Assembly (NCBI GenBank): GCA_035685905.1
Contig: DASRZY010000280.1
Span: forward strand, 1 to 59,007
From: Syntrophales bacterium
Lineage (GTDB): Bacteria; Desulfobacterota; Syntrophia; Syntrophales; UBA2192
Direction of reading: 5' to 3'
DNA: 59,007 nucleotides
Shown here: positions 27,852 through 38,918 of the stretch, piece after piece
Layout of the letters: each line of letters opens with the position of its first letter
Numbering within the stretch: position 1 is the stretch's first letter
Program-made: the position numbers and the translations under genes
Notes under the pieces: model-generated
What the model was told of the DNA's origin: nothing
Seen by the model: only the letters and a program-made list of their open reading frames with translations
The model's database searches: none

Positions 27852-29021
27852 GTGGGGAAGAGGGTCACATCACACGTGGAAACTCCGTCTCAAACAACTG
27901 GATACCGCCTCCGGGTCGAACCGAGGGAGGGCGTGACGATCGTGAAGCTCGAGGGACGGCTGGCGCTCGAGGACATGAGAAGCCTCATGTCCGAGCTCCT
28001 GTCCATCCCCAGGGCGGGGATGTCACAGAGGATATCCGTGGATCTGTCCGGTGTGGAGTATCTCGACAGCGCGGGGGCGCTGGCCCTGATCGAACTGCAG
28101 AACCGGGGGAGCGCCCTGTCGATTCCCGTTGACCTGCTGAATATCTCCGAGAAGAATCACGGGCTTCTTTCTCTCATCGACCGCGAGGTGATTCAGCGGC
28201 CGCCGCTCCGGCCGGAAGTCGTCCGGTCATCGATCGTCGAGAACCTGGGAGAGCTTGCCCGCAGACAGTACCGGGACTTCCAGGAGATCATGTCGTTCGT
28301 GGGGGAACTCATCACGGCGCTGCTGTACTGCCTGGCTCACCCCCGCCTGGTGCGCTGGGCGGACGTCATGTTTTACATGAAGCGGGCAGGGGCGGACGGC
28401 CTTCCCATTGTCGCGCTCATCAGCCTGCTGCTGGGCCTGATCATGGCCTTCATGTCCTCGCTGCAGCTCAAGCAGTTCGGGGCGAACATCTACGTGGCCA
28501 ACCTCGTGACGATCGCCATGGTCCGCGAGCTCGGCCCCATCATGACGGCGATCATCGTGGCGGGGAGATCGGGGTCGGCCTTTGCCGCCGAGATCGGCAC
28601 CATGATCGTGAACGACGAGGTCAATGCCCTTGTCACGATGGGCTTCGACCCCACGCGGTTTCTCGCCGTCCCGAAGGTCCTGGCCGCCATGATCGTGGTC
28701 CCCATCCTCACGGTCTACTCGGATTTTTTCGCGATCCTCGGCGGCCTCATCGTGGGGGTCACGGGTCTCGATCTCACCGTCTACACCTACATCCTGCAGA
28801 CAAAATCGAGCATCAGCATCTTCGACTTTGTGACGAGCCTGACCAAGGCCGTTGTGTTCGCCCTGCTGATCTCCGGGATCGGCTGCCAGCGCGGCTTCCA
28901 GGTGAAAGGCGGCGCCGAGGGCGTGGGGACATCGACGACGTCGGCCGTCGTGTCGGCGATTTTTCTCATCATCTTGTTCGACTCGGCCTTTGCCATTATG
29001 CTGAACTACCTCCGGCATTGA
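27852..29021 (+). CDS. MlaE-family ABC permease with N-terminal STAS (MlaB-like) domain
   Basis: The N-terminal roughly 110 aa are STAS-like (VTIVKLEGRLALEDM...LSGVEYLDSAGALALIEL). The C-terminal part is an MlaE-type permease. Confidence 0.8.
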   Translation: MGKRVTSHVETPSQTTGYRLRVEPREGVTIVKLEGRLALEDMRSLMSELLSIPRAGMSQRISVDLSGVEYLDSAGALALIELQNRGSALSIPVDLLNISEKNHGLLSLIDREVIQRPPLRPEVVRSSIVENLGELARRQYRDFQEIMSFVGELITALLYCLAHPRLVRWADVMFYMKRAGADGLPIVALISLLLGLIMAFMSSLQLKQFGANIYVANLVTIAMVRELGPIMTAIIVAGRSGSAFAAEIGTMIVNDEVNALVTMGFDPTRFLAVPKVLAAMIVVPILTVYSDFFAILGGLIVGVTGLDLTVYTYILQTKSSISIFDFVTSLTKAVVFALLISGIGCQRGFQVKGGAEGVGTSTTSAVVSAIFLIILFDSAFAIMLNYLRH

Positions 29022-29036
29022 CATCGCCGAAAAGGA

Positions 29037-29807
29037 ATGGAACGAGTGAGCCCATCGGACAGGGACCCGGTCATCATCGTCGAGAATCTGACGGCCCGTT
29101 ACGACGACGTGACGATCCTCGAGAATGTGAGCTTCGAGGTCTATCGCGGCGAGCGGTTCATGATCCTCGGCGGGAGCGGCTGCGGGAAATCGACGCTGCT
29201 CAAACACATGATCGGCCTGTTGAAGCCCAGCTCGGGTCGGGTGCTCATCAACGGAATCGACATCACGCAGGCCGATGAACGATGGCTCCAGCAGGTCCGG
29301 CGGCAGATCGGCGTGCTCTTCCAGGCCGATGCGCTCTTCGGCTCCATGTCGCTTGCCCAGAATGTGGCTCTGCCGCTCACGGAGTACACGGATCTCTCGC
29401 CGGAGCTCGTTCGGGAAATTGTGAAAATGAAGCTCGGTCTCGTGGATCTGTCCGGCTATGACAACCACATGCCCGCGGAGCTCTCGGGCGGGATGCGCAA
29501 GCGGGCAGGTCTCGCCCGGGCCATGGCCCTGGACCCGATGTTTCTCTTTTTCGACGAGCCCTGGGCGGGCCTGGATCCCGTGACGGCGGCAGAGCTCGAC
29601 ATCCTCATCCGAAGCATCAACGAGGGAATCGGAACGACCATGGTCTTCGTCACGCAGGAGCTGGCCTCCATTTTCAACCTCGGCCAGCGGGTGATCATGC
29701 TCCACAAGGAGGCAAGAGGGATCATCGCAAGGGGAACCCCCGCAGAGCTTCGTGAAAAATCCACAGATTCCCGGGTGATGAATTTTTTCAATCGTCACGC
29801 CGTGTGA
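29037..29807 (+). CDS. ABC transporter ATP-binding protein (MlaF-like)
   Basis: Walker A GGSGCGKST, signature LSGGMRKR, Walker B LFFDEP. Confidence 0.9.
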   Translation: MERVSPSDRDPVIIVENLTARYDDVTILENVSFEVYRGERFMILGGSGCGKSTLLKHMIGLLKPSSGRVLINGIDITQADERWLQQVRRQIGVLFQADALFGSMSLAQNVALPLTEYTDLSPELVREIVKMKLGLVDLSGYDNHMPAELSGGMRKRAGLARAMALDPMFLFFDEPWAGLDPVTAAELDILIRSINEGIGTTMVFVTQELASIFNLGQRVIMLHKEARGIIARGTPAELREKSTDSRVMNFFNRHAV

Positions 29808-29824
29808 CAAGGAGAAAACGGTAG

Positions 29825-30754
29825 ATGGTCAGACACGTATCAAGCCGCGCCCTCGGCCTTTTCGTCACCCTCGGCGTTGTCCTCGGGGTGGCCGTCATCA
29901 TCTGGATCGGGGCCTCGAAATACTTCGAAAAAGGGGACCGCTACGTGACCTATTTCGACGAGTCCGTCCAGGGGCTCCAGCGGGATTCCGCCGTGAAGTA
30001 CCGCGGCGTGGACGTGGGGCGCATAGAGAACATCCAGGTGGCGCCCGACAACCGGCTCATCGAGGTGGTCATGAAGATCAACCTCAAGGAGGACGTGGAG
30101 AAGAACAGCGTGGCCTACCTGCGGGTTGCGGGCATCACCGGCATCGTGTTCATCGAGCTTGACCGCAGAGACCCCGAGGCGCCCGATGTTTCCCCGAAAC
30201 TCGATTTCGCCTCCCAGTATCCCATCATCCCGTCGCGCCCCTCCCAGGTCCGCCAGATTTTTTCCGGCATCGACGAGATCATCGAGAAGATCAAGCAGCT
30301 GGACCTCGAGGACGTCGCCAGGAGCATCAAGGCCACGGGCAAGGCGGCCGAGAACCTCTTCGGCGGGCCTCAGATGACAAAAACGCTGCAGAACCTGGAA
30401 TCGATCTCGACGAGCATCGATCTGTCGGCGGCAAGGATAGAGAAGATGACGGCAAGCGGCAAGCTGGAAGGGGTCCTGGACGATACCCGCACGACCCTTG
30501 CCGAGGCTCGCTCCCTGATCGTCACCACACGCGACGAGATCAGGGCATTGAAGCTGGCCGAGACGGCGGAAAAGACGAACCGCGTCGTGGACAACCTGTC
30601 GCGGACGTCGCGGACGACGGCCCGCGATATCCAGGTCATGAGCGACAACCTGAAGCGCACCTCGGAGTCGCTGGAGAGGCTCGTCGAGCGGCTGGAAGCC
30701 AACCCGTCGGATCTGATCTTCAGCAGCCCTCCCCAGGAAGGCAGGCGGAATTGA
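29825..30754 (+). CDS. MCE/MlaD-family substrate-binding protein
   Basis: N-terminal TM, then an MCE domain (VTYFDESVQGLQRDSAVKYRGVDVGRIENI), then a long helical C-terminus. Confidence 0.85.
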   Translation: MVRHVSSRALGLFVTLGVVLGVAVIIWIGASKYFEKGDRYVTYFDESVQGLQRDSAVKYRGVDVGRIENIQVAPDNRLIEVVMKINLKEDVEKNSVAYLRVAGITGIVFIELDRRDPEAPDVSPKLDFASQYPIIPSRPSQVRQIFSGIDEIIEKIKQLDLEDVARSIKATGKAAENLFGGPQMTKTLQNLESISTSIDLSAARIEKMTASGKLEGVLDDTRTTLAEARSLIVTTRDEIRALKLAETAEKTNRVVDNLSRTSRTTARDIQVMSDNLKRTSESLERLVERLEANPSDLIFSSPPQEGRRN

Positions 30755-30816
30755 TCAGGGGTGCAGCGGGCCGGAAAGAAGAAACTCGAACGGAGAGGTT
30801 TTACAAGGGGAAGAGG

Positions 30817-31458
30817 ATGAGACGGATTCTGCTGATTTGCCTGGTTGCCCTGCTGGCGCTGTCGTCCATCTGGGGCTGCGGGAGCGCGAAGTCGACGTAT
30901 ACGGTGAGGCAATACCTTCTCGAGTACGCCCCGCCCGTGTCGGCGGGTCTGCCGAAGACGGGGGAGGTCCTCCGGGTGGAGATGTTCTCCACGGCCCAGG
31001 CCTACGGCAGCACGGCCATGTATTACCGGCCGTCGGCCTTTGAGCTCAACCCCTACAGCCGGGAGCGCTGGCGCGTGACACCGGGGGAGATGGTGACGGA
31101 TTTCCTGCTGCGGGACCTGAGAAACTCAGGCACCTTCAAGGCCGTCCTCTCCTACGACGACCCGGGGGAGGGCTGCTTCACCCTGACCGGCACGGTCGTC
31201 GAGTTCCTCGAGGTCGATGGGGCCGGCGGCCCCGTGGCGCAGCTTTCCGTTGATGTGACGCTGCTGGACGTGAAGCAGCGGGAAATCACGAGGCGCGTCG
31301 TCTTCCAGAAGACCTACACCATCAATGAAGCCATGAAGGAAAAGGCCGCCCGGTCACTTGCCGAATCCATGAGCCTGGCGATGAAGAAGTTCTCCGCAGA
31401 GCTGATGACCGATATTCACCGGGGAGCTGAAAACGCAAACGCCATCAAGGCTCCCTGA
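30817..31458 (+). CDS. ABC-type transport auxiliary lipoprotein (DUF330/PqiC-like)
   Basis: Lipobox SSIWGC. Position directly after the MCE gene. Conserved W.V.PGEMVTDFL..DLRNSG pattern. Confidence 0.7.
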   Translation: MRRILLICLVALLALSSIWGCGSAKSTYTVRQYLLEYAPPVSAGLPKTGEVLRVEMFSTAQAYGSTAMYYRPSAFELNPYSRERWRVTPGEMVTDFLLRDLRNSGTFKAVLSYDDPGEGCFTLTGTVVEFLEVDGAGGPVAQLSVDVTLLDVKQREITRRVVFQKTYTINEAMKEKAARSLAESMSLAMKKFSAELMTDIHRGAENANAIKAP

Positions 31459-32117
31459 TGCGAGAACCCTTTCCTCAACGGAAGGGTTTTATAAGGGAGG
31501 AAATACCCGTTGCGTCGTGCATGACGAAACGCAAACCGGAAATAGGTGATGCCATGACAATCAAGGAAAAGGATTATTTCACCGCCCTCTACGAGGTGGC
31601 CAAGGTCATCAATGCCTCCCTGGAGCCCTCCGAGGTCCTGAAGAAAATCGTCGAGTGCGTGGCCCGGGCCATGGGCGTGAAGGCCTGCTCCATCCGGCTT
31701 CTCGATGCCCGGGGCAAGCGCCTCCTCATGGGGGCGGCATGCGGGCTCTCCAGGGGATATCTCGTCAAGGGGCCCGTGCTGGTCAAGGAAAGCGGCATCG
31801 ACCGGAAGGCGCTCGGCGGCAAGACGATCTGGATCCGGGATGCCCGGTCGGACAGGGGCTTCCAGTACTCGGCCGAAGCGAGGAAGGAAAAGATCCGTTC
31901 CGTGCTGGTGACCCCGCTGCTCGTGGGGAAAAAGGCGATCGGGGTGCTCAGGGCCTACACGGGGGAGGAACGGAAATTCGACAAGCAGGAAATCCGGTTC
32001 CTCGAGGCCGTGGCCAACCTGAGCGCCATCGCCCTGGACAACGCCCGCCTCTACAATGCCCTGAAAACGAATTTCGACCTGCTCGTGGAGCACAAGTACC
32101 GTATTGACGACAATTAA
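31458..32117 (+). CDS. GAF domain-containing protein
   Basis: GAF core from YFTALYEVAKVINASLEPSEVL to FLEAVANLSAIALDNARLY. The start is uncertain: ATG 31458 overlaps the upstream stop, with alternatives at 31521 and 31554. Confidence 0.75.
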   Translation: MREPFPQRKGFIREEIPVASCMTKRKPEIGDAMTIKEKDYFTALYEVAKVINASLEPSEVLKKIVECVARAMGVKACSIRLLDARGKRLLMGAACGLSRGYLVKGPVLVKESGIDRKALGGKTIWIRDARSDRGFQYSAEARKEKIRSVLVTPLLVGKKAIGVLRAYTGEERKFDKQEIRFLEAVANLSAIALDNARLYNALKTNFDLLVEHKYRIDDN

Positions 32118-32129
32118 AAAGACGAGGGG

Positions 32130-32155
32130 AAAGGGTTCAGGGGCCAGGGTATAGG
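32130..32155 (+). repeat. dispersed 26-nt repeat, plus-strand copy
   Basis: AAAGGGTTCAGGGGCCAGGGTATAGG, between the GAF gene and gap. Confidence 0.8.
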
Positions 32156-32160
32156 AATAG

Positions 32161-33201
<1,041 letters not shown>

Positions 33202-33327
33202 TCGGATCTTCTATTTCATCACTTGAATCGAAGCGCCGAAAGGCGTTAATCTACAATCGATAGAAGCGGGGGCCCCGTCCCGGGGCACCCCGTTCATTTC
33301 CATTCCACCTCCTCGCCGGAGCAAGCC

Positions 33328-35457
33328 ATGCCGAAGATCATCCTTCCCCGCAAAATCCGGAAGCGCGACGGCTCCGTCGTCCCCTTCGAAAAGGAAAAGA
33401 TCCGTTACGCCATCGAGCGGGCCGCTTTCGAAGTCCTCCAGGACCGCCTCAAATCAATCGCCGTCTCGGAGACGGTTGCGCAGGCTGTCCTCCAGGAGGC
33501 AAGCCGGCAATATCGCACGGCTCTCCCCAACGTGGAGAACGTCCAGGACCTGGTCGAACAGGGCCTCATGAAGGCGGGGCTCGGTCCCATCGCGCGAGCC
33601 TACATCATCTACCGTGAGCGCCGTGCCGAGATGCGCCAGGCCAAGGCGGCCCTGGGCCTCCGGGACGACCTCAAGTTCCCGATCAATGCCATGGAGGTTT
33701 TGAAGAAGCGATACCTGATCAAGGACGACGAGCGCAATATCGTCGAGACGCCGGGCGAGCTCTTCCGCCGGGTGGCCCGCCACGTGGCCCAGGGGGAGAA
33801 AAATTTCAAGTCCGCCATCTCGGCCAGCGAGGCCGAAGAGACCTTTTATGACATGATGCGCGAGCTCGACTTCCTCCCCAACTCCCCCACCCTCATGAAC
33901 GCGGGGACGGCGCTGGGCCAGCTCTCGGCCTGTTTTGTCCTCCCCGTTGAGGATTCCATCGACGGGATCTTCGGGGCGCTCCACCACATGGCGAAGATCC
34001 ACCAGTCGGGCGGCGGCACGGGATTTAACTTTTCGCACCTGCGGCCCAAGGGGGACCTCGTCAAGACGACCAAGGGCGAGGCCTCGGGCCCCGTCTCCTT
34101 CATGAGCATATTCGACGGGGCCACGGGCGTCATCGTCCAGGGCGGGCGCCGCCGGGGGGCGAACATGGGGATCCTGCGCTGCGACCACCCGGACGTCATG
34201 GAGTTCATCGAGGCCAAGATCGACAAGGGCCGCTTTGCCAATTTCAATCTCTCCGTCGCCGTGACAGACCGTTTCATGGATGCCGTGCGGCGCAATCGCA
34301 GCTTCGACCTCATCAACCCCCGAACGGGGAAGAAGGACCGCTCGGCGAGGGCCCGGACAATCTTTGATCTCATCGTGTACGGCGCCTGGCGCACGGGCGA
34401 TCCCGGGCTCATCTTCGTCGACACGATCAACCGGCTGAACCCCACGCCGGGCGTGGGGAGGATCGAGGCGACAAACCCCTGCGGGGAGCTCCCGCTGCTG
34501 CCCTTCGAGAGCTGCAACCTGGGGTCGATCAACCTGGCAAGGATGGTGAAGGACGGCAAGCCCGACTGGGCGCGGATGACCGAGACGATCCGCTGGGGCG
34601 TGCGCTTCCTCGACGACGTCATCGAGGTGAACAACTTCCCGATGCCCGAGATCCGGGAAATCACCTTCGGGAACCGCAAGATCGGCCTGGGCGTCATGGG
34701 GTTCGCCGACATGCTCATCCGGCTGGGGATCCCCTACAACTCGCAGGAGGCCGAGCGTTTCGCCGGGCGCCTCATGGCTTTCGTCCGCCGCGAGTCTCTC
34801 AAGGCCTCGTCGACGCTCGCCACCGAGCGGGGCGTCTTTCCGAATTACGACAAGTCCATCTTCGCACGGAAGAATCTCCCCGTGCGCAACGCCACGGTCA
34901 ACACGGTGGCCCCCACGGGGACGATCAGCATCATCGCCGGCTGCTCGAGCGGCATCGAGCCTCTATTCGCGATCAGCTACGTTCGCAACGTCCTGTCCGG
35001 CACGCGGCTCTTCGAGATCAACCCCATCTTCGAGCGCGTCGCCAGGGCCCGGGGGATTTACAAAAGGGAGATCCTCGCCGAGATCGCCCGATGGGGCACC
35101 CTGCAAAAGATCAAGGGAATCCCGCGGGACATCAAGAGGGTCTTCGTGACGGCCTTCGACGTGGAGCCCGAGCAGCACCTGCGGATCCAGGCCTCCTTCC
35201 AGGAGCACTGCGACAACTCGGTGTCCAAGACGATCAACCTCCCCACGGAGGCGACCATCGACGACGTACGCGAAATCTACTTGATGGCTCATAGGCTCAA
35301 GTGCAAGGGGATCACCATCTACCGTTACGGGAGCAAGGCCGAGCAGGTCCTGTCGTTCCGGGGCGCCGACGGCGGGCCCGTGATTCTCGAAGAGGATCTC
35401 ATGGCGGCCGACTCGGAATTTGCCGGGGGCTGCATGACGGGAACGTGCAACTTCTGA
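33328..35457 (+). CDS. nrdJ: adenosylcobalamin-dependent (class II) ribonucleotide reductase with ATP-cone
   Basis: N-terminal ATP-cone (KRDGSVVPFEKEKI). Class II core NPCGE, and a C-terminal region with TINLP. Confidence 0.9.
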   Translation: MPKIILPRKIRKRDGSVVPFEKEKIRYAIERAAFEVLQDRLKSIAVSETVAQAVLQEASRQYRTALPNVENVQDLVEQGLMKAGLGPIARAYIIYRERRAEMRQAKAALGLRDDLKFPINAMEVLKKRYLIKDDERNIVETPGELFRRVARHVAQGEKNFKSAISASEAEETFYDMMRELDFLPNSPTLMNAGTALGQLSACFVLPVEDSIDGIFGALHHMAKIHQSGGGTGFNFSHLRPKGDLVKTTKGEASGPVSFMSIFDGATGVIVQGGRRRGANMGILRCDHPDVMEFIEAKIDKGRFANFNLSVAVTDRFMDAVRRNRSFDLINPRTGKKDRSARARTIFDLIVYGAWRTGDPGLIFVDTINRLNPTPGVGRIEATNPCGELPLLPFESCNLGSINLARMVKDGKPDWARMTETIRWGVRFLDDVIEVNNFPMPEIREITFGNRKIGLGVMGFADMLIRLGIPYNSQEAERFAGRLMAFVRRESLKASSTLATERGVFPNYDKSIFARKNLPVRNATVNTVAPTGTISIIAGCSSGIEPLFAISYVRNVLSGTRLFEINPIFERVARARGIYKREILAEIARWGTLQKIKGIPRDIKRVFVTAFDVEPEQHLRIQASFQEHCDNSVSKTINLPTEATIDDVREIYLMAHRLKCKGITIYRYGSKAEQVLSFRGADGGPVILEEDLMAADSEFAGGCMTGTCNF

Positions 35458-35542
35458 TCGTTCCCTTCCGGGAAGGAGACTTCCCGCTTCGTCATCCCGC
35501 CGCAGATTCCCACAAAACCCGCCAGCTCTCAGGAGGAGGAAC

Positions 35543-36310
35543 ATGACCCTGTTCGGAAACATCTTCATGAACCGGCTTGTCCTGTTGTGTGCCTCGATGA
35601 TTCTCTTGATGCTTCCCGCGCGCACATGGGCCGGTCCCCCCTTCCAGACCGATGACCCCGAGCCTGTCGAATACAGGCACTGGGAGATCTACCTCGCCTC
35701 GCAAATCAGGCACGACAAAGACGGGGACTTCGCCACGCTGCCGCAAGTCGAGATCAACTACGGCATCTTCCCGAACACGATGATCCATCTTATCGTCCCG
35801 TTCCAGTACAGCAGCCCCTCGGGCAGCGAGGCCCATTACGGTTACGGCGACACGGAGCTCGGCGTCAAGTTCCGCTTCATCCAGGAGACGGAGTGGATCC
35901 CCATGGTCGGGACCTTCCCGCTGGTCGAGCTGCCGACGGGCAACCAGGACGAGGGACTGGGCAATGGCAAAGCCCAATACTTTATTCCCTTATGGCTCCA
36001 GAAGAGCTGGGGGTCCTGGACCAGTTACGGGGGCGGGGGCTACTGGATCAACCCCGGCGACGGGAACAAGGACTGGTGGTTTTTTGGATGGGAGGTTCAG
36101 CGCGAAATTTCCAAGGCCCTCACCCTCGGCGGCGAGCTGATCTACAAGACGGCCGATACGGACGACGGCGAAAACAGCTTCGGGTTCAACGTCGGCGCCA
36201 TCATCAACCTCACCGAGAATCATCATATCCTGTTCTCCGCAGGGGGCGATTTTTCGGGCCCGACCCGTTTTCAATGCTATATCGGATACCAGTTCACCTT
36301 CGGACCCTAG
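35543..36310 (+). CDS. outer-membrane beta-barrel protein (MetA-pathway/phenol-degradation-like transporter family)
   Basis: Signal peptide ending TWAG. PFQTDDPEPV start of the mature protein. Alternating beta-strand pattern with C-terminal F..F. Confidence 0.55.
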   Translation: MTLFGNIFMNRLVLLCASMILLMLPARTWAGPPFQTDDPEPVEYRHWEIYLASQIRHDKDGDFATLPQVEINYGIFPNTMIHLIVPFQYSSPSGSEAHYGYGDTELGVKFRFIQETEWIPMVGTFPLVELPTGNQDEGLGNGKAQYFIPLWLQKSWGSWTSYGGGGYWINPGDGNKDWWFFGWEVQREISKALTLGGELIYKTADTDDGENSFGFNVGAIINLTENHHILFSAGGDFSGPTRFQCYIGYQFTFGP

Positions 36311-36484
36311 CAGAAGGCCCGTCTCGTTTCTTTCACTCGGATTTTTCTTTTCATTGTCCTTTCGTGCTGATACATCTGTCTTCAACAAGGCAGGCAGGGA
36401 GCCGGGCAAGCTATCCATGCCCAGCCCCAGCAGCGCCTGCACGAGTTCCAAAACTCCGCATCACGTCGAAACACAAGGGTGACC

Positions 36485-36943
36485 ATGAAGGAGAATCGAG
36501 TCGAGGAAGTGGTAAAAACGCACGCAGAAGGGTTCAGCTGTGCTCAGGCCCTTCTCGCGGTCTATGGGCCGGAGCTGGGAATGGACAGGGAGACGGCGCT
36601 GAAGGTGGCCGGCGGCTTCGGCGGCGGCATGGGCCGCATGGCGGAGACCTGCGGGGCCGTGACGGGCGCCTTCATGGTCATCGGCCTTGTGCACGGCATG
36701 ACCCAAAAAGGCGATCTGCAGCAGAAGGAAGTCTCCTACGAGTACATTCGGAAGTTCGCCGATAAATTCAAGGAACGCAACAGGACCCTCGTGTGCCGGG
36801 AGCTCATGGGTGTCGACGTGAGCACGACGGAGGGCTTCGCTGAAGCAAGGGCAAAAAACATCGCCCGGACCATCTGCCCGAAGTATGTCCGGGACGCAGC
36901 GGAGATCCTCGAGGGGATGCTGGCCGCTTCGCTCAATCAATGA
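36485..36943 (+). CDS. C_GCAxxG_C_C family protein (Cys form)
   Basis: FSCAQALL, ETCGAVTGAFMVIG and C..L motifs define this family. Confidence 0.8.
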   Translation: MKENRVEEVVKTHAEGFSCAQALLAVYGPELGMDRETALKVAGGFGGGMGRMAETCGAVTGAFMVIGLVHGMTQKGDLQQKEVSYEYIRKFADKFKERNRTLVCRELMGVDVSTTEGFAEARAKNIARTICPKYVRDAAEILEGMLAASLNQ

Positions 36944-36985
36944 CTCGGAAGGAGTCAAGAGCGGAAGTGATTCTGGGGCCTTGCC

Positions 36986-37267
36986 ATGAAAGAGAAAGAA
37001 ACCCGTCAACTCAAGGACCTGTTCTCGGTGGGGCCGGCAACGGTCCGCGATCTGAAGCTCCTCGGGATCACCCGGGCGGAGCAGCTGGCCGGCAAGGATG
37101 CGAGGAAGCTCTACGATCACTTGTGCAAACTGGCAGGAGAGCGCTGCGATCCCTGCATGATGGACGTTCTCTCGGCAGCGATCGCGCAGGCACAGGACCC
37201 CGGGCTGCCAAAAGAGAAACGCAAGTGGTGGTACTGGAGCCGAATCCGGAAATCACGCAGCGAATGA
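36986..37267 (+). CDS. helix-hairpin-helix domain protein (pathogenicity-locus/Cdd1-like)
   Basis: LFSVGPATVRDLKLLGITRAEQLAGKDARKLYDHLC...CDPCMMDVL pattern. Confidence 0.55.
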   Translation: MKEKETRQLKDLFSVGPATVRDLKLLGITRAEQLAGKDARKLYDHLCKLAGERCDPCMMDVLSAAIAQAQDPGLPKEKRKWWYWSRIRKSRSE

Positions 37268-37286
37268 GAAAAGTCCTGCTATCGCC

Positions 37287-37829
37287 TCATTTCATGAAAT
37301 CGCCTGCCGAAACAACCTCCGCATAGATCCCCTGCAGCGCCGCCATGAAGGCGCCGTGAACGGCCCACGCCGGCACGATCTCCCCCTTGAAAGTGAGGTT
37401 CCTCGTCGCGCAGGCATCCTCGATGACGGTACATTTAAACCCCAGGTCGAAGGCCGCACGCGTGGTGGCATCGATGCACATCTGGGACATGGCGCCGCAG
37501 ATGACGAGCTGTTCGATGCCATCCTTCTTCAGCAGATCCAGAAGGTTTGTGCCCCGGAAGCTGTTGGGGAAATACTTGGTGATGACGGTCTCCGCGGCCA
37601 GGGGCTTGACGGCGGCATGGATCTCGGCGCCCGGCGTGTCAGGGATGAAAAACGTTGCGCCCGGGCGCTTCGAGAGATGCCGGATGTGAAAGACGGGCTC
37701 GGCGCGCTCGCGGAAACCCTGCAGGACCGCGTTGGCCTTCCCGGCGGCAGCCTCCATCCCGACCAGTTGCATCGCCCCGCCCGTGAAGTAATCGTTCTGG
37801 ATGTCAACCAGCAATAGTGCCCTTTTCAT
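37287..37829 (-). CDS. isochorismatase-family cysteine hydrolase
   Basis: ALLLVDIQNDY start, catalytic Cys context ICGAMSQMCIDAT. Confidence 0.85.
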   Translation of the reverse strand: MKRALLLVDIQNDYFTGGAMQLVGMEAAAGKANAVLQGFRERAEPVFHIRHLSKRPGATFFIPDTPGAEIHAAVKPLAAETVITKYFPNSFRGTNLLDLLKKDGIEQLVICGAMSQMCIDATTRAAFDLGFKCTVIEDACATRNLTFKGEIVPAWAVHGAFMAALQGIYAEVVSAGDFMK

Positions 37830-38769
37830 GATCCCTCCCTTTCAGGCTCTCGCCCGACGACGCTTCGATCCTCTTGAGTTCATCAAACAGTCTCTGGTTC
37901 ACCGGTGTGGGGATGCCGTGGCGTTTGCCCAGCTCGATCACCGTGCCGGCGAACATCTCCACCTCCGTCTTGCGGCCGGCCTCGACGTCCTGGAACATGG
38001 AGGTCTTGCCCACCGGGTTCAGAGGCTCGAGGACCTTGTACCACTCTTCAATGTCCTTCTCACTCAGATCCACCTTCATGGCCCGGGCAATTGCGATGAC
38101 TTCCCGCATGGCCGAATCCATGAGCTCCCTGGCTTCAGGGGACGTTTTCAGGGTTCCGTAATTCGCCCTCAGGACGGCCGAGGCCTGGTTGGCTCCCACA
38201 TTGACCATGTACTTGAACCAGAGGCTGCGGATCATATCCGGCGGGATCACGTGGGCGATCCCCGCGCGGTCGAAGAGTTCCTTGATCCTGCGGACCCGAT
38301 CCGTCATCGCAGGGTTCTTAGCCTCTCCGAAAAGGATCCGTCCCTGGTTCTTGTAGTTGACGCTGTTGCCTTCCCTCACGGCGTCGATGCCGAGCGTCAG
38401 GCCGTAGAGAACCTTGTCCATCCCGTAGACGGCGCCGATGCGCTCTTCGCTTTCGATGCCGTTCATGACGGACAGGACCGCCGTCTCCGGCCCGATGGCC
38501 CTCTTCATCTCCGCGATGGCCTGATCGAGGTGATGATGCTTGACCGCGACGATGAGCAGATCGGCGGGGGTTGCCTCTTCGGGCCGGGCCACGGCAATCG
38601 CATAGCGCTTGCCGTTCACGACGACGCCGTCCCGTTTCAACTTCTCGTAGCGTGCCCCGCTTGCGATGAAGTACACGCACCGGGGATTCCTTTCGTAGAA
38701 GATGCTGCCGTAGGCCGCACCGAGTGCCCCGGCGCCGATAATGGCAATTTTTTCAATGGATGGTTTCAT
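37804..38769 (-). CDS. panE: 2-dehydropantoate 2-reductase
   Basis: Rossmann motif IAIIGAGALGAAYG. ApbA/PanE C-terminal domain with a conserved K and E..D pattern. Start at MKPSIEK (ATG 38769). Confidence 0.8.
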   Translation of the reverse strand: MKPSIEKIAIIGAGALGAAYGSIFYERNPRCVYFIASGARYEKLKRDGVVVNGKRYAIAVARPEEATPADLLIVAVKHHHLDQAIAEMKRAIGPETAVLSVMNGIESEERIGAVYGMDKVLYGLTLGIDAVREGNSVNYKNQGRILFGEAKNPAMTDRVRRIKELFDRAGIAHVIPPDMIRSLWFKYMVNVGANQASAVLRANYGTLKTSPEARELMDSAMREVIAIARAMKVDLSEKDIEEWYKVLEPLNPVGKTSMFQDVEAGRKTEVEMFAGTVIELGKRHGIPTPVNQRLFDELKRIEASSGESLKGRDHEKGTIAG

Positions 38770-38918
38770 GAGTGCCTGACCGGGCCCCTTTTTCTGAATG
38801 TTGTTCGGCCAACAGGGAGCGTAAAAACAGTTTTGCACCCCCATTTCTATCATCGCAAAGAAAATCTTCGCCCTTCCATCCTACCGTGCCGGTATGAGGA
38901 AGGGCGAAGCCTGTACCT

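Noticed and set aside
33202-33327. NrdR boxes or a cobalamin riboswitch upstream of nrdJ.
   Set aside because: Only short, imperfect palindromes around ATCGAT are present. There is no pair of 16-bp NrdR-like boxes. The region is too short and lacks a B12-box-like segment.
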